Positions 19,945 through 29,141 of a stretch of DNA of 32,000 nucleotides are shown here, piece by piece. The stretch spans positions 240,001 to 272,000 of the forward strand of contig NZ_LN831024.1 in NCBI RefSeq assembly GCF_001457615.1, in the 5' to 3' direction. Position 1 is the stretch's first letter. Every line of letters starts with the position of its first letter. The DNA comes from Pseudomonas aeruginosa (lineage in GTDB: Bacteria; Pseudomonadota; Gammaproteobacteria; Pseudomonadales; Pseudomonadaceae). The translations under genes were made by a program, and so were the position numbers. The notes beneath the pieces were generated by a model. The model was not told the DNA's origin. It worked only from the letters and a program-made list of their open reading frames with translations, and searched no databases.

Positions 19945-19972
19945 AAATCCGGAACCAGATTCTAGAATCCTG
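19945..19972. promoter_or_regulatory. Second-type motif upstream of the IclR gene
   Basis: AAATCCGGAACCAGATTCTAGAATCCTG; aligned copy at 20962-20989 and partial copy at 22939. Confidence 0.5.
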
Positions 19973-20000
19973 CCTTTCCTCGACTCAGGAACGCCCCTCC

Positions 20001-20780
20001 ATGGCCGGTAGCCTCATCGAACGCGCCCTCGGCTTGCTCGAACTCCTCGCCAGCGATGCCCGTGGCCTGCCCCTGCAACAACTGGCGGACCGCCTGGATA
20101 TCCCCAAGAGCGCCGCGCACCGCATGCTCGCCGAGCTGATCCGGCTCGGCTACGTGCGCCAGGACGACGACACCAGCCGCTACCGCCTCAGCACCCGCCT
20201 GGCCGCGCTGGGCTTCCGCTTTCTCGCTTCCAGCGGGGTGGTCGACCTGGTCCAGCCGGTGCTCGACGGGCTCGCCCGGGAGACCGGCGAACTGGTGCGC
20301 CTGGGGGTGATCGAAGGCGATCGCCAGACCTGGATCGCCAAGTCCCAGGGCGCCACCTCCGGGCTACGCTACGACCCCGACATGGGGCGCGAGGCGCCGC
20401 TGTTCTACACCGCATCCGGGCACGCCTGGCTGGCCAGCCTGAGCGACAAGGCGGCGCTGGCGCTGGTGGAGCGCCAGGGCGTAGGGGCGGCGCGGGACTT
20501 CGGTCCCAACGCGCCGCGCTCCAGGAGCGAGCTGCTGCGCTACCTGAAGCGCGCCCGCGAGCACGGCTATGCCTGGCAGATCGAATGCTCGGCGCCGGGC
20601 ATGGCGGCGATGGCCGCACTGGTGCGCCACCCCGAGGACGGACGGGCTCTCGGCGTGCTCAGCGTGGCCGGGCCGAGCGCACGCTTCGGCGAGGCGCGCA
20701 TGCACGAACTGGCGCCCCTGCTCCTGGCCGCGGCGCAGGACCTGTCCCACGCCAGCCAGGCGTCCGAGCTGTTCCGCTGA
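20001..20780 (+). CDS. IclR-family transcriptional regulator
   Basis: About 259 aa from MAGSLIERALGLLELLASDARGLPLQQLADRLDIPKSAAHRMLAELIRLGYV, with an IclR ligand-binding domain. Track start 19941 is probably too early. Confidence 0.93.
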   Translation: MAGSLIERALGLLELLASDARGLPLQQLADRLDIPKSAAHRMLAELIRLGYVRQDDDTSRYRLSTRLAALGFRFLASSGVVDLVQPVLDGLARETGELVRLGVIEGDRQTWIAKSQGATSGLRYDPDMGREAPLFYTASGHAWLASLSDKAALALVERQGVGAARDFGPNAPRSRSELLRYLKRAREHGYAWQIECSAPGMAAMAALVRHPEDGRALGVLSVAGPSARFGEARMHELAPLLLAAAQDLSHASQASELFR

Positions 20781-20961
20781 GCCATCCGGCCCGGCCCCAG
20801 TCCTTTCCCGACATCAGCGTTCGAATAGCGAACGCTTTCTTGCCTGTCACGAGCCCGCATGCGGCGGGCCTTTCCGCACTTCCATGGATGCCCCGGCGGT
20901 AGTGCCGTCTCGAACCGCTCTTGCGCGGGGCCAGCCATTCGTTCAAATAATCTCCCTCGCT

Positions 20962-20989
20962 AAATCTGGAACGACGTTCTGGAATCTTG
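20962..20989. promoter_or_regulatory. Second-type motif upstream of the oxidoreductase gene
   Basis: AAATCTGGAACGACGTTCTGGAATCTTG matches the 19945 copy at most positions. Confidence 0.5.
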
Positions 20990-21022
20990 AAGCGAACAAG
21001 AAAACAACGATTGGGGACCGCC

Positions 21023-22066
21023 TTGGACGCACCGCTTCGCATCGCCCTCATCGGCGCCGGCAATATGGGCCGCCAGCATTACCACCGCTTGCAGCGAATC
21101 GCCGGTGCGCGCCTGTGTGCGGTGGCCGATCCCCAGGGCCAGGCGTTCGCCGCGGATGCCGGCGTGCCCTGGTTCGGCGATCATCGGAGGTTGCTGGAAG
21201 AAGCCCGGCCGCAAGCGGCGATCGTCGCCAATCCGAACAACCTGCATGTCGCCACCGCCCTCGACTGCCTCGCCGCCGGGGTGCCGCTGCTGCTGGAAAA
21301 ACCGGTCGGCGTGCAGCTCGACGAAGTGAGCGAGCTGGTGGCCGTCGCCCGGCGATCTGGCGTTCCGCTGCTGGTCGGTCACCATCGTCGGCACAATCCG
21401 CTGGTCGTGCGGGCGCGCCAATTGATCGCCGAGGGCGCGCTCGGTCGGTTGCTGTCGGTCACCGCGCTCTGGCAGTTGAAGAAGCCCGACAGTTATTTCG
21501 AGGTGGCCTGGCGTCGCGAGCCCGGCGCGGGAATGTTGCTGACCAACCTGATCCATGACCTCGACCTGCTCCGCCACCTGTGCGGGGAAGTGCGGGAGGT
21601 GCAGGCGCTGGCCGGCAACGCCATCCGTGGCCTGCCCAACGAAGACAACATCGCGCTGCTCCTGCGCTTCGCCAATGGCGCCCTGGGCAGCCTGTCCGGT
21701 TGCGACGCTGCGGCGGCGCCCTGGAGCTGGGAGCTGGCAGCCGGGGAGAACCCGGTCTATCCGCGCCAGGCCGAGCAACCCTGCTACCTGCTGGCCGGCA
21801 CCGAGGGTGCCCTGAGCCTTCCCCAGCTCCGCCGCTGGCGCTACGCCGAGGCCCGGCAGGGCTGGCACGACCCGCTGGCGGCCAGCGTGGAGGCCGTGGC
21901 GACAGGCGATCCCCTGCAACGCCAGCTAGAGCACTTCGTCCGGGTCGCGCGGGGCGAGGAAGCGCCATTGATGGATGCCACCGACGCCGCTCGCACCCTG
22001 GCGCTGGTCGAGGCGGTTCGCGAGGCCGCGCGCAGTGGCCGGGCCTGCGCGCCGGCCAGTTTCTGA
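21023..22066 (+). CDS. Gfo/Idh/MocA-family NAD(P)-dependent oxidoreductase
   Basis: LDAPLRIALIGAGNMGRQHYHRLQRIAGARLCAVADP (Rossmann) and LLEKPVG. Track starts at TTG 20987; the in-frame TTG 21023 has upstream TGGGGA and avoids the operator-like motif. Confidence 0.85.
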   Translation: MDAPLRIALIGAGNMGRQHYHRLQRIAGARLCAVADPQGQAFAADAGVPWFGDHRRLLEEARPQAAIVANPNNLHVATALDCLAAGVPLLLEKPVGVQLDEVSELVAVARRSGVPLLVGHHRRHNPLVVRARQLIAEGALGRLLSVTALWQLKKPDSYFEVAWRREPGAGMLLTNLIHDLDLLRHLCGEVREVQALAGNAIRGLPNEDNIALLLRFANGALGSLSGCDAAAAPWSWELAAGENPVYPRQAEQPCYLLAGTEGALSLPQLRRWRYAEARQGWHDPLAASVEAVATGDPLQRQLEHFVRVARGEEAPLMDATDAARTLALVEAVREAARSGRACAPASF

Positions 22067-22088
22067 ACCGCTGACGATGAGGTAGTGC

Positions 22089-22904
22089 ATGGAATCGAGG
22101 ATTCTTTCCCTGGCGGCGCTCACCGTGCTCGAGCTGTCGCCCCCGGACATGGTCGAGGCTGCCGCCCGCGCCGGCTACAGTCATGTCGGCCTGCGCCTGG
22201 TGCCGGCCACCGTGGAAGAGCACCACTATCCGCTGCTGGCCGATGCCGGCCTGCGCCGGCGGACCCTGGCGCGGCTGCGCGACAGCGGAGTGCGCACGCT
22301 GGACGTGGAGATCCTGCGCCTGCGTCCGGACACCCGCGTCGGCGAGTTCGCCGCGGTGCTGGAGGTCGGCGCCGAGTTCGGCGCGCGCTATGTGCTGGTG
22401 GCCGGCAACGATGACGACGAACGGCGCAGCGCGGACAATTTCGCCGCGTTGTGCGACCTGGCGCGGCCGCTCGGCCTCGACCCGCACCTGGAGTTCATGC
22501 CCTGGACCGGGATCCGCGACCTGCGGCAGGCCGCGCGGGTGGTCGAGGCGGCGGCGCGGGACAACGCCGGCCTGTTGCTGGACGCCTTCCATTTCGACCG
22601 CTCGGCCAGCAGCCTGGAAGACCTGCGGGCGATCCCGCCTGCGCGCCTGGGCTACGCGCAACTCTGCGATGTCGTCGGGCCGCGTCCGACGTCGATGGAC
22701 GAAATCCTTCGCCAGGCCCGCGAGGAACGGCGTTTCCCTGGCGATGGCGGGCTCGATCTGCTGGCGCTGCTGCGCGCCCTGCCGGAGAACCTGCCGCTGA
22801 GCCTGGAGGTGCCCGCGCTGGATTTGCTCGCGCGCGGCGTGGATGGCACGGAGCGGGCGCGGCTGGCGATCGAGCGGACCCGGGCGCTGCTCGCCCGCCT
22901 GTAG
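22089..22904 (+). CDS. Sugar phosphate isomerase/epimerase (xylose-isomerase-like TIM barrel)
   Basis: 271 aa; LSLAALTVLELSPPDMVEAAARAGYSHVGLRL ... LLLDAFHFDRSASSLEDL. Confidence 0.87.
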   Translation: MESRILSLAALTVLELSPPDMVEAAARAGYSHVGLRLVPATVEEHHYPLLADAGLRRRTLARLRDSGVRTLDVEILRLRPDTRVGEFAAVLEVGAEFGARYVLVAGNDDDERRSADNFAALCDLARPLGLDPHLEFMPWTGIRDLRQAARVVEAAARDNAGLLLDAFHFDRSASSLEDLRAIPPARLGYAQLCDVVGPRPTSMDEILRQAREERRFPGDGGLDLLALLRALPENLPLSLEVPALDLLARGVDGTERARLAIERTRALLARL

Positions 22905-22938
22905 CGCCACCGCGCAGGCAGGTTGCCCGTTTGCATAA

Positions 22939-22962
22939 TGGAACGGGGTTCTATAGTTTCCA
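22939..22962. promoter_or_regulatory. Partial second-type motif/promoter upstream of the EamA gene
   Basis: TGGAACGGGGTTCTATAGTTTCCA: shares TGGAACGNNGTTCT with 20967 and overlaps a TATAGT -10-like hexamer. Confidence 0.35.
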
Positions 22963-23053
22963 AACGTTGAAGCCGATCGTTTCTTTCCTCGATGGCGGGT
23001 ACCGTCAGAATAAATAGCCTGCTATCGATTTGCCCTGGTGCCCGGACCCTCCG

Positions 23054-23932
23054 ATGAACGCATCCACCTCCCCGCTGCCCGCCAGCGACCAGACCCTGCG
23101 CGGCATCCTGCTGATCTGTGCCGCGGTGTTCCTGTTCGCCAGCCACGACGGGTTGTCCAAGTTCCTTTCCGGTTTCTACCCGATCGTCATGGTGGTCTGG
23201 GCCCGCTACCTGGTGCACACCCTGCTGATGGTCGCCGTGTTCGTGCCGCGCAACGGCCTCGCGGTGATCCGCAGCCGCCGTCCGCTCATGCAATTGGCGC
23301 GGGCGCTGTGCCTGATCGGCACCAGCCTGTTCTTCACCACCGGCCTGCGCTACCTGCCCTTGGCCGAGGCGACCGCGGTGAACTTCCTGGCGCCGCTGCT
23401 GGTGACCGCGTTATCCGTGCCGTTGCTGAAGGAGAAGGTCAGCCTCGGTCAATGGCTGGCGGTGCTCACCGGCTTCATCGGCGTGCTCTTCATCGTGCGT
23501 CCCGGTGGCGCGCTGTTCACCCCGGCGGCGTTGTTCCCGCTCGGCTCGGCGCTGTGCTTCGGGCTCTACCAACTGCTCACGCGGATGCTCGCCAACAGCG
23601 ACAGCCCGACCACCAGCAACTTCCTCGCCGGCATCTTCAACACGCTCATCATGAGCCTGCTGGTGCCGTTCTTCTGGCAGACTCCAAGTCTTCTCCACGG
23701 CCTGATGATGATCGCCCTGGGCGGTTGCGGCATGGGCGGCCACCTGCTGCTGACCCAGGCCTTCCGCCATGCGCCGCCGGCGACCCTGGCGCCGTTCAGC
23801 TATGGCCAGATCATCTTCGCCGGCCTGCTCGGCCTGCTGGTGTTCGGCCACGTGCCGGATGCCTGGGCGCTGCTCGGCATCCTCGTCATCTGCGCCAGCG
23901 GCCTGGTGGTCGCCTGGCGCCGTGGCCGCTGA
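23054..23932 (+). CDS. EamA/DMT-superfamily transporter
   Basis: About 292 aa from MNASTSPLPASDQTLRGILLICAAVFLFASHDGLSKFLSGFYP; two repeated EamA halves. Confidence 0.9.
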   Translation: MNASTSPLPASDQTLRGILLICAAVFLFASHDGLSKFLSGFYPIVMVVWARYLVHTLLMVAVFVPRNGLAVIRSRRPLMQLARALCLIGTSLFFTTGLRYLPLAEATAVNFLAPLLVTALSVPLLKEKVSLGQWLAVLTGFIGVLFIVRPGGALFTPAALFPLGSALCFGLYQLLTRMLANSDSPTTSNFLAGIFNTLIMSLLVPFFWQTPSLLHGLMMIALGGCGMGGHLLLTQAFRHAPPATLAPFSYGQIIFAGLLGLLVFGHVPDAWALLGILVICASGLVVAWRRGR

Positions 23933-23957
23933 ACGCAACGGGGTCGGCGCGTAGGCT

Positions 23958-25208
23958 TCACAACAGGCTCAGCGGATAGCTGACGATCAGCCGGTTCTCG
24001 TCGAAGCGGGTATTGCTGCCCCAGTCGCGGCGCTGGCTGGAGTTGCGCCAGCGGACGTTGAGACGCTTGAAGGCGCCGCTCTGCAGCGTGTAGCCCAGCT
24101 CGCTCTCGCGTCCCCATTCGCTGCCGTCGTCGGTGACTCCGGCCAGGCGCACATGGTCGCCATGCAGGTAGCGGGTCATGAAGGTCAGGCCGGGTAGGCC
24201 GAGGCCAACGAAGTCGAAGTCGTAGCGCAGTTGCCAGGAGCGCTCGCCGGGATTGTCGTAGCTGGCGTTGTAGCTGTCGTTGGCCAGGGTTCCGCCGCTG
24301 GTGCCGTTGACCCGCATCCAGCCGTCGTCGCCACTGACCTTCTGCAGGCCGAGATAGAGGGTATGCAGCCCGTAGCGCGCGGAGAACAGCGCGGAAACGG
24401 TGCGGTTATCGAGCTTGCCGGCGCGCGCGCTGCCAGCGTCGCGGCCACGGAATCCGCCGAGGTTGGCGCCCAGCAGCCAGTCGCCGAGCGGCTGGCTGTG
24501 TTGCAGTTGCAGGTACTGTTGGCGGTAGATGTCCTTCAGCTCGGCGTTCCACAGGCCGAGCAGGCTGCGTTCGCCATTGAAGCGATATTCGCCGCCGGCG
24601 AAATCGAAGCGGTCGGAAGTGGCGGCTGGCCGGCCGAACAGCGACATGTCCTGCATGCTTGCGTCGTTGCGCGGGCTGTTGCCGCGGAACTGGCCGGCGT
24701 AGAGGGTCAGGCCGGCGATCTCGTTGGCGCTGAGCTGGCCGCCGCGGAAGGTCTGCGGCAGCGAGCGGCCATCGTCGGAGCGGAGGATCGGCAGCACCGG
24801 CATCCATTCGCCGATCTTCAGTTCGCTGTTCGAGACGCGCAGCTTGCCGGCCACCGCCAGGCGTCCGAAGTCGTCGGCCGGGCGGCCGTCGTCGTGGATC
24901 GGCAGCAGTTGGGTGCCGGCCGTTCCCTTGCCGCCATCCAGCTTCAGGCTGTAGAGACCGAGGACATCGAGGCCGAAGCCGACGCTGCCCTGGGTGAAGC
25001 CGGAGCGGGCGTCGAGGATGAAGCTCTGCGTCCACTCCTCGGCCTTGCCCTGGCTGGCATCGCCGACGAAGTTGCGGTGCAGGTGGAAATTGCGCGCGGT
25101 GAGGCTGGCCTTGGCATCTTCGAGGAAACCTTGCCCGGCATGGACTGGCAGGCCGGCGCCCAGGCAGAGGGAAGCGCAGAGCGCGCGGACGTGGCTCGGG
25201 TGCGACAT
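23958..25208 (-). CDS. opdF: OprD-family outer membrane porin
   Basis: 416 aa from MSHPSHVRALCASLCLGAGLPVHAGQGFLEDAKASLTARNFHLHRNFV; OprD motifs VGFGLDVLGLYSLKLDGG and GEWMPVLPILRSDDGRSLPQTFRGGQ. The rest of the 730-aa track ORF is unrelated upstream read-through. Symbol from recall of P. aeruginosa OprD nomenclature. Confidence 0.9.
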   Translation of the reverse strand: MSHPSHVRALCASLCLGAGLPVHAGQGFLEDAKASLTARNFHLHRNFVGDASQGKAEEWTQSFILDARSGFTQGSVGFGLDVLGLYSLKLDGGKGTAGTQLLPIHDDGRPADDFGRLAVAGKLRVSNSELKIGEWMPVLPILRSDDGRSLPQTFRGGQLSANEIAGLTLYAGQFRGNSPRNDASMQDMSLFGRPAATSDRFDFAGGEYRFNGERSLLGLWNAELKDIYRQQYLQLQHSQPLGDWLLGANLGGFRGRDAGSARAGKLDNRTVSALFSARYGLHTLYLGLQKVSGDDGWMRVNGTSGGTLANDSYNASYDNPGERSWQLRYDFDFVGLGLPGLTFMTRYLHGDHVRLAGVTDDGSEWGRESELGYTLQSGAFKRLNVRWRNSSQRRDWGSNTRFDENRLIVSYPLSLL

Positions 25209-25273
25209 GGGTGTGTCCCTTCGTTCTTGTTCTTTAGGCAGGGAGGTGCCCGGCGAGCGCCGGGCGCTTGGAC

Positions 25274-26611
25274 TCAGGCTTCGATCCGGCGCGGAGCCAT
25301 GAAGTACAGCCAGGTCAGGGCGATGAAGTACATCGCCGGGATCATGGTGAAGAGCACCGCGTAGTTGTTGTTCGTCGCGGTCAGTACGCCGCCGACGATC
25401 TGGGTCATGAACATCCCGCCCAGCGCCGCGCACATGCCGCCGAAGCCGAACACCGTGCTCATCAGGTGCTTGGGCGTGTAGTCCATCACCAGGCTCCAGA
25501 TGTTCGCCGTCCACGCCTGGTGTGCGCCGACCGCCAGGGCGATGGCCAGCACGGCGATCCACAGGCCGCTGGCGTTGGCGGCGAACACCACGCCGACGAT
25601 GGTGCAGGCGAACAGCAGCATCGACAGCAGGCGCGCGCGGATCGCCGGCATGCCGCGGCCGATCAGCCAGGACGAAAGGATGCCGCCGCCGACGCTGCCG
25701 AAGTCGGCGGTCAACCAGATCAGGATCAGCGGGATGCCCATCTGCGTCACGCTGATGCCCAGGCCGTACTGCTGGTTGAGGAACGGCGGCAGCCAGTAGA
25801 GGTAGAACCAGAACACCGGCGCGGTGATCGAGTAGGCCAGGGCGAAGGCCCAGGTGCCGCGGCGGCGGAGAATCTGCGAGAAGGGCACGCGGGTGGCGGG
25901 CGGCTCCTCCTGCTGCTGGATGTATTCCAGCTCGCTCTGCTTCACCCGCGGATGCTCCTCGGGGTTGTAGTAGTTGCGCCACCAGAACACCAGCCAGACC
26001 AGGCCCAGCGCCGACATGCAGAGGAACGCCGCCTGCCAGCCCCAGACGCCGAGGATCAGCGGCAACAGGGCCGGGGTGACCATCGCGCCGACATTGGTGC
26101 CGGCGTTGAAGATGCCGGTGGCCACCGCCCGTTCCCCGGCGGGGAACCACAGGCGGGTGGTCTTCACGCAGGCCGGGTAGTTGGCCGCCTCGGTCAGGCC
26201 GAGGATGAAGCGGCAGACCATGAAGCCCGCCGCCGAGGTCGCCAGGCCGTGGGCGCCGGTGGCCAGGCTCCAGAGCAGCACGGCGAGGAAGAACGCGCGC
26301 TTGACCCCGACCTTGTCGATGAAGCGGCCCTGGAGGATGAAGCCGATGGCGTAGCCGACCTGGAACCAGAAGTTGATGTTGGCGTAGTCCATCGCCGTCC
26401 AGCTCATCTTCTCGGCCAGGATCGGCTGCATCACGCCGAGGGCGGCGCGATCGATGTAGTTCAGGGTGGTGGCGAAGAACACCAGGGCGAGCATGCCCCA
26501 GCGCGTCCGGCCGACGGCGAAGGCGTTGCGGATCCTGCCGCCGCGGGATTCCCGCGGGGCGTCGGCGGCGAGCAGTCGAGAGCTGGAAGAGTGGATCATT
26601 GACGGGGCCAT
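25274..26611 (-). CDS. MFS transporter, anion:cation symporter family
   Basis: 445 aa; ATTLNYIDRAALGVMQPILAEKMSWTAMDYANINFWFQVGYAIGF; divergent from quiC1, upstream of the porin gene. Confidence 0.92.
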   Translation of the reverse strand: MAPSMIHSSSSRLLAADAPRESRGGRIRNAFAVGRTRWGMLALVFFATTLNYIDRAALGVMQPILAEKMSWTAMDYANINFWFQVGYAIGFILQGRFIDKVGVKRAFFLAVLLWSLATGAHGLATSAAGFMVCRFILGLTEAANYPACVKTTRLWFPAGERAVATGIFNAGTNVGAMVTPALLPLILGVWGWQAAFLCMSALGLVWLVFWWRNYYNPEEHPRVKQSELEYIQQQEEPPATRVPFSQILRRRGTWAFALAYSITAPVFWFYLYWLPPFLNQQYGLGISVTQMGIPLILIWLTADFGSVGGGILSSWLIGRGMPAIRARLLSMLLFACTIVGVVFAANASGLWIAVLAIALAVGAHQAWTANIWSLVMDYTPKHLMSTVFGFGGMCAALGGMFMTQIVGGVLTATNNNYAVLFTMIPAMYFIALTWLYFMAPRRIEA

Positions 26612-26914
26612 CCTTTCGGCGGCCGGCGCCTGGGCGCCCGGCCTGGATTTGTCGTTCTGGGTTGCACGCGGGCGGGCCAGGGGCCGCGCCGGTGTCAGCG
26701 GGCCAGGGGCGGTCGGGCCGGACGAGCGGCCAGCGGACGGGATGGAGGGCGGACGGAGAGGTCGGCGATGGACATGAGCGGGTACCCGATTCTTGAAATT
26801 GTTATGTCGCGTGGGTTGCGCAGGTGCCCGGAAAGAAGCGCGGAGCGCTTCCGGCAGATCGGGACGGCCTGCACGGGTGGCAGCGATGGTGCGCGATTGG
26901 TCGAAAAAGCGTCA

Positions 26915-26948
26915 ATTCGATAATCGTGCTTCCGTTCGATATTCGAAC
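26915..26948. promoter_or_regulatory. Tandem IclR/PcaR-like box pair in the MFS/quiC1 divergent region
   Basis: ATTCGATAATCGTGC (26915-26929) and GTTCGATATTCGAAC (26934-26948), cores 19 bp apart. Confidence 0.65.
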
Positions 26949-27144
26949 GGAATACTAACCAGTTCGTACATTTTGCGTTGCCCGGCAGTTGGCGCAAACC
27001 AATAATCGGCTTGCCGGGCGAGCGGTCTCAGCGACCCGAAGTGGCTTCCCGGCGCATCCCGCGCGGGCTATCCGCGCCTCCGCCGTTCCGCCGCCGGCCC
27101 TCGCGCGGCGCCAGGCGCCGTAGGGCGCATTGAGGAGTCGAAGC

Positions 27145-29049
27145 ATGCAGCGTTCGATCGCCACCGTATCCCTGAGCGGCACCCTGCCGGAAAAGCTCGA
27201 GGCCATCGCCGCCGCCGGTTTCGACGGGGTGGAAATCTTCGAGAACGACCTGCTTCATTACGACGGCAGCCCGCGCGACGTACGCCGGCTGTGTGCCGAC
27301 CTGGGCCTGGAGATCCTGCTGTTCCAGCCGTTCCGCGACTTCGAGGGCTGCCGCCGGGAACGCCTGGGGCGAAACCTGGAGCGCGCCGAACGCAAGTTCG
27401 ACCTGATGCAGGAACTCGGCACCGACCTGGTGCTGGTGTGCAGCAACGTCGCTGCCGATGCCCTCGGCGAACCGGCGCTGCTGGCCGATGACCTCCGGCT
27501 GCTGGCCGAGCGCGCCGCCGTCCGCGGCCTGCGCATCGGCTACGAGGCGCTGGCCTGGGGGCGCCAGGTGAACACCTGGGAGCAGGCCTGGGACCTGGTG
27601 CGGCGGGCCGACCAGGCTAACCTCGGGCTGATCCTCGACAGCTTCCATACCCTTTCGCTGGACGGCGATCCGCGCGGCATCGCCGATCTTCCGGGGGAAA
27701 AGATCTTCTTCGTGCAAGTGGCCGACGCGCCCTTGCTGGCAATGGACGTGCTGGAATGGAGCCGGCACTTCCGCTGCTTCCCGGGTCAGGGCGGCTTCGA
27801 CCTGGCAGGCTTCCTCGCGCCGGTCGTCGCGTCCGGCTATCGCGGTCCGCTGTCGCTGGAGGTCTTCAATGACGGCTTCCGCGCCGCGCCGACCCGCGCC
27901 AACGCCGTCGACGGCCTGCGCTCGCTGCTCTACCTCGAGGAGAAGACCCGCGAGCGCCTGCAACGCCAGACGCCGCACGTGGCGGTGGACGAGCTGTTCG
28001 CGCCGCCGCCGGCGAGCCTCTGCGACGGCATCGAGTTCCTCGAGTTCGCCGTCGACGAGACGCTCGGCGCGCGCCTTGGCCAGTGGTTGCAGCGACTGGG
28101 CTTCGCCAGGGCCGGCGAGCACCGTTCGAAGAATGTCAGCCTGTTGCGCCAGGGCGACATCAACCTGGTACTGAACGCCGAGCCCTATTCCTTCGCCCAC
28201 GGTTTCTTCGAGGCCCACGGACCGTCCTTGTGCGCCACCGCGCTGCGCGTGCGTGACGCCGGCCAGGCGCTGGAGCGCGCTCGTGCGTACGGAGGCCAGC
28301 CGTACCGCGGACTGCTCGGCCCCAACGAGCGGGAAATCCCGGCGGTGCGCGCCCTCGACGGCAGCCTGCTGTATCTGGTCGAGCGGCACACCGAGGGCCG
28401 CAGCATCTACGACAGCGACTTCGTGACGAACGACGCCGACACCTCCGGCCTCGGCCTGCGACGCGTCGACCACGTGGCCCTGGCGCTGCCCGCCGAAGGC
28501 CTGGACAGCTGGGTGCTGTTCTACAAGAGCCTGTTCGACTTCGGCGCCGATGACGAGGTGGTGCTGCCCGACCCCTATGGCCTGGTCACCAGCCGTGCCG
28601 TGCGTAGCCCCTGCGGCAGCGTGCGCCTGCCGCTGAACATTTCCGAGGACCGCAACACCGCCATCGCCCGATCGCTGTCCAGCTATCGCGGTTCCGGCGT
28701 GCACCACATCGCCTTCGATTGCGCCGACATCTTCGCCGCCGTGGCCGAGGCCAAGGAGGCCGGGGTCGCACTGCTGGAAATCCCGCTGAACTATTACGAC
28801 GACCTCGCCGCGCGCTTCGACTTCGACGACGAGTTCCTCAGCGAACTGGCCTACTACAACGTCCTCTACGACCGCGACGCCCAGGGCGGCGAGCTGTTCC
28901 ATGTGTTCACCGAGCCGTTCGAGGAGCGCTTCTTCTTCGAGATCCTCCAGCGCCGCCACGGCTACGCCGGCTACGGCGCGGCCAACGTGCCGGTGCGCCT
29001 GGCGGCGATGGCGCAAGCGCGGCGGGGTGTGCGCCGGGTCAAGCTGTGA
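27145..29049 (+). CDS. quiC1: Fused bacterial 3-dehydroshikimate dehydratase (TIM-barrel + HPPD-like domain)
   Basis: 634 aa from MQRSIATVSLSGTLPEKLEAIAAAGFDGVEIFENDL. C-terminal half is VOC/HPPD-like (RRVDHVALALPAEGLDSWVLFYKSLFDF, GVHHIAFDC, FTEPFEERFFFEILQR). Confidence 0.93.
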   Translation: MQRSIATVSLSGTLPEKLEAIAAAGFDGVEIFENDLLHYDGSPRDVRRLCADLGLEILLFQPFRDFEGCRRERLGRNLERAERKFDLMQELGTDLVLVCSNVAADALGEPALLADDLRLLAERAAVRGLRIGYEALAWGRQVNTWEQAWDLVRRADQANLGLILDSFHTLSLDGDPRGIADLPGEKIFFVQVADAPLLAMDVLEWSRHFRCFPGQGGFDLAGFLAPVVASGYRGPLSLEVFNDGFRAAPTRANAVDGLRSLLYLEEKTRERLQRQTPHVAVDELFAPPPASLCDGIEFLEFAVDETLGARLGQWLQRLGFARAGEHRSKNVSLLRQGDINLVLNAEPYSFAHGFFEAHGPSLCATALRVRDAGQALERARAYGGQPYRGLLGPNEREIPAVRALDGSLLYLVERHTEGRSIYDSDFVTNDADTSGLGLRRVDHVALALPAEGLDSWVLFYKSLFDFGADDEVVLPDPYGLVTSRAVRSPCGSVRLPLNISEDRNTAIARSLSSYRGSGVHHIAFDCADIFAAVAEAKEAGVALLEIPLNYYDDLAARFDFDDEFLSELAYYNVLYDRDAQGGELFHVFTEPFEERFFFEILQRRHGYAGYGAANVPVRLAAMAQARRGVRRVKL

Positions 29050-29141
29050 GAATTGTCGGGGCTCCGGCAGGTGCTCTTCCTACAGCCGGGCGGGCCCCGC
29101 ATAATCGGCCGCAATTCCCGCCGGCCACGAGTGAGTCACCG

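Noticed and set aside
25268-26602. 444-aa ORF antisense to the MFS gene
   Set aside because: H/Q/A/D-rich shadow ORF. The minus strand has convincing transporter sequence.
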